Of a DNA stretch of 64,000 bases, positions 61,673 through 64,000 are shown one piece after another. Both the position numbers and the translations under genes were made by a program. The DNA is from Haliotis cracherodii (lineage: Eukaryota). The DNA lies in contig NW_027266273.1 in assembly GCF_022045235.1 (NCBI RefSeq), positions 7,564,001 to 7,628,000 of the forward strand, given 5' to 3'. The notes beneath the pieces were generated by a model. The model had not been told where the DNA came from. It ran no database searches and saw nothing but the letters and a program-made list of their open reading frames with translations. Numbering within the stretch: the first letter of the stretch is position 1; each line of letters begins with the position of its first letter.

Positions 61673-64000
61673 GATAGTTGATGTTGTTTGTTATACGCCC
61701 TGTCCTCAACATTTTATTCTGACATGTGTTGAATTGGGATGTGCGCTATTTCAAACGTACTGTCAGTGAAGCTTATTTCCCTATATTTTTCATCGTTCAC
61801 TTATTCGCGCCCATCAGTACATATAGACAAATACTGGAAATAGTTAGGGAATAAGAGGACAATTGAATTAATGAAAACTTCTAAAATGAAATGAATTGAT
61901 GTGGTATTGGTTCAAGTATGCTGTTAAATAAATTCCTTCATGACAAGAACATTGTTGTTATTTTCATCAACTTTTATTCTGTTATTATCATTAAAAAGCC
62001 ACAAGTGGCTTTACAGCATAAATCAGTTTCCAAAACCAAAACTCTCATGCAATATCCTGTCTAGGGGTCAATGAGACAATGTGGTCATTTCAAAACAATA
62101 AATTTACACACAAAATTTACAATACAGAGTACACATGTACTAAAATATTCTAATATCCACTATTGTGCCTACATAATTCAAAATATAGTAGCATTACGTT
62201 TTATGTGTTTAAAATTGTTGTCAATGTTTAATAAATGCCATCCTTTTCAAAGTTACTTCACCTGTAAATAGAAGCGAAAAAATACTTTTAATAATCATAA
62301 GACATCTCTACTCAAAGAAGAGCCTATTGCACGATACCGTCTGTATCACGAGCATGTGTTTATGAATCACTGTCAAATGTTATGATAAAGGTGTTCACGA
62401 GAAGATGAGTATATCCTGCCCCACCGATGGCTCTCGTCACAAACACATGCAAAGGAAAGTCAATTTTTCACCTGCAAAAACCTGAAAACATATACTAGTA
62501 GTAAGACAAAATAGGGAATTGCATCGGACATCATTTTTGTCACTAAATGCGTCAAATTTGGAAATATCCTCCACGTGGCTACCATAAAACCCATTGTATG
62601 CTTTACTGTGGCCAATACAATATTTGACGTTTTAACTCTGCTAAAACCACCTTTTGAGTAAGAGTCGCATGACGCTCTTTGAAATGATTTTAGTTCGGCT
62701 GTACTCAAAAGCTTTGAAATGGGGACACAAACGGTGATGCTGCTGGAATAAAAGGGGAAAATAACTATTGAAAATTTTAAATTAATTCATCCCTCTTTTC
62801 ATTCAGTCTTGTGGATAGTTTATTGTAACTTGGAATCTTTATACATGGATCCAAATTTGAAAAAGATGATGCGGTTTCGCTGGTCTCGTTTGTGTCTAGT
62901 TTATTTTAAAAAAATATTTCCCGATTCTCCTTTTTATTCACAACATCCATTAATACTCAGTCACCGCTGCAGGTGTTATTTGCTTAATGAAATAATAACC
63001 TAACATGTTTAAACGAACCACAATGCTAGTTTTAGCAAATAAACAGTTTTCGTTTGGTTCATCCCCCCTCTTTATACACCCTCGCTGGAAGCGTTTTCTG
63101 TCAGTCTCAATCAGAAGTTCCATCTCTACAGGTTGTCCGGCATAACTGTGAGTGCTAAGTATCCAGGCATATCCCTTGTACCGATAAAATACTAAACTGA
63201 TTCAATCGATTAGCCAAATCAAATATACATGTTGACAAAAGATGGTTAGAGCAAATATCCCTTCGGGCTACGCGCGAGCTGTGAAAGTGCTGATCAAGGT
63301 CGCAAAGGATCACGGGTAACGAGGTGTGAGTCTCACACGAAAACCAAATCTACTACACTTGAGATCATTTTTACCTATATCGCCGTAGGGTGCACTTAAT
63401 AAAAGACATGTTATGTTAGAAACATATGTCTATAGCCAGTATGGAAATCGGTACCCATTCAACACTATAAGCTGATAGACCAAAGTTTATGTAAATATGC
63501 AGAAATTGTTTCTATTAATCTTTTTCGTATAAAATAAAATTCAATTTGAACAATCGTTCAATTTCGGGTATTGGTATAAACGTTTTGATACTACATGTTT
63601 CGATGTCTACATTTTCTTATTTCGTTATGTTTTATGCATATGTTACAAATGCTATTTTGTCATTACAGTGCTCCAGTGTTGGTTCGCTAGGACCACATAC
63701 AATTTATGTCATGCTAAAATATAAAATAGAATCCAAATCTGATTTAGATTAAGTAAAACTAGCAAACATACATGTATTGAAATATATATATTGTTTCGTA
63801 ATTGTGTTTTCAAAATAAATATTCTTTCAAGAGTGATATAAAATCCTATAACATTTACTATGAATGAAATAAGAATTGGTAACATTGATGAATTATGTAA
63901 TTTCTCTGCAAATGGACGAAGATTGCAAACTAAATGTAATTACTTCTTTTATTTCAATATGAAATCAATTCATTTATTTGGTTGGAATAACTGTTGACAC

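Overview
Eukaryotic, AT-rich, repeat-laden animal genomic DNA with 5 assembly gaps. I found no recognisable host protein-coding exon; the ORF track is explained by noise, SINE read-through and decayed transposons. The window therefore looks like a gene desert or a very large intron. The SINE repertoire resembles what I recall from gastropod molluscs such as abalone (inference, unverified). Contents: (1) about 40 copies or fragments of four short retroposon families, labelled here A (tRNA-Asp/Glu-like head), B (tRNA head plus Meta/MESC-like central domain), C (elongated tRNA-Leu/Ser-like head) and D (no tRNA head; begins with a predicted pseudoknot); (2) two decayed Penelope-like elements, one with RT thumb, GIY-YIG domain and a mutated minimal hammerhead ribozyme; (3) a decayed mariner element with TIRs; (4) pogo-like and Harbinger-like MITEs, one amplified into a 107-bp minisatellite; (5) tandem repeats, a SINE-anchored complex duplication and several TE-poor blocks that may be cis-regulatory. 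Two observations stand out. All four retroposon families end in the same 38-nt two-stem hairpin with compensatory base changes, suggesting one LINE-recognition element used by four unrelated heads. Family D has a fixed 5' end at a structured, ribozyme-like RNA head.
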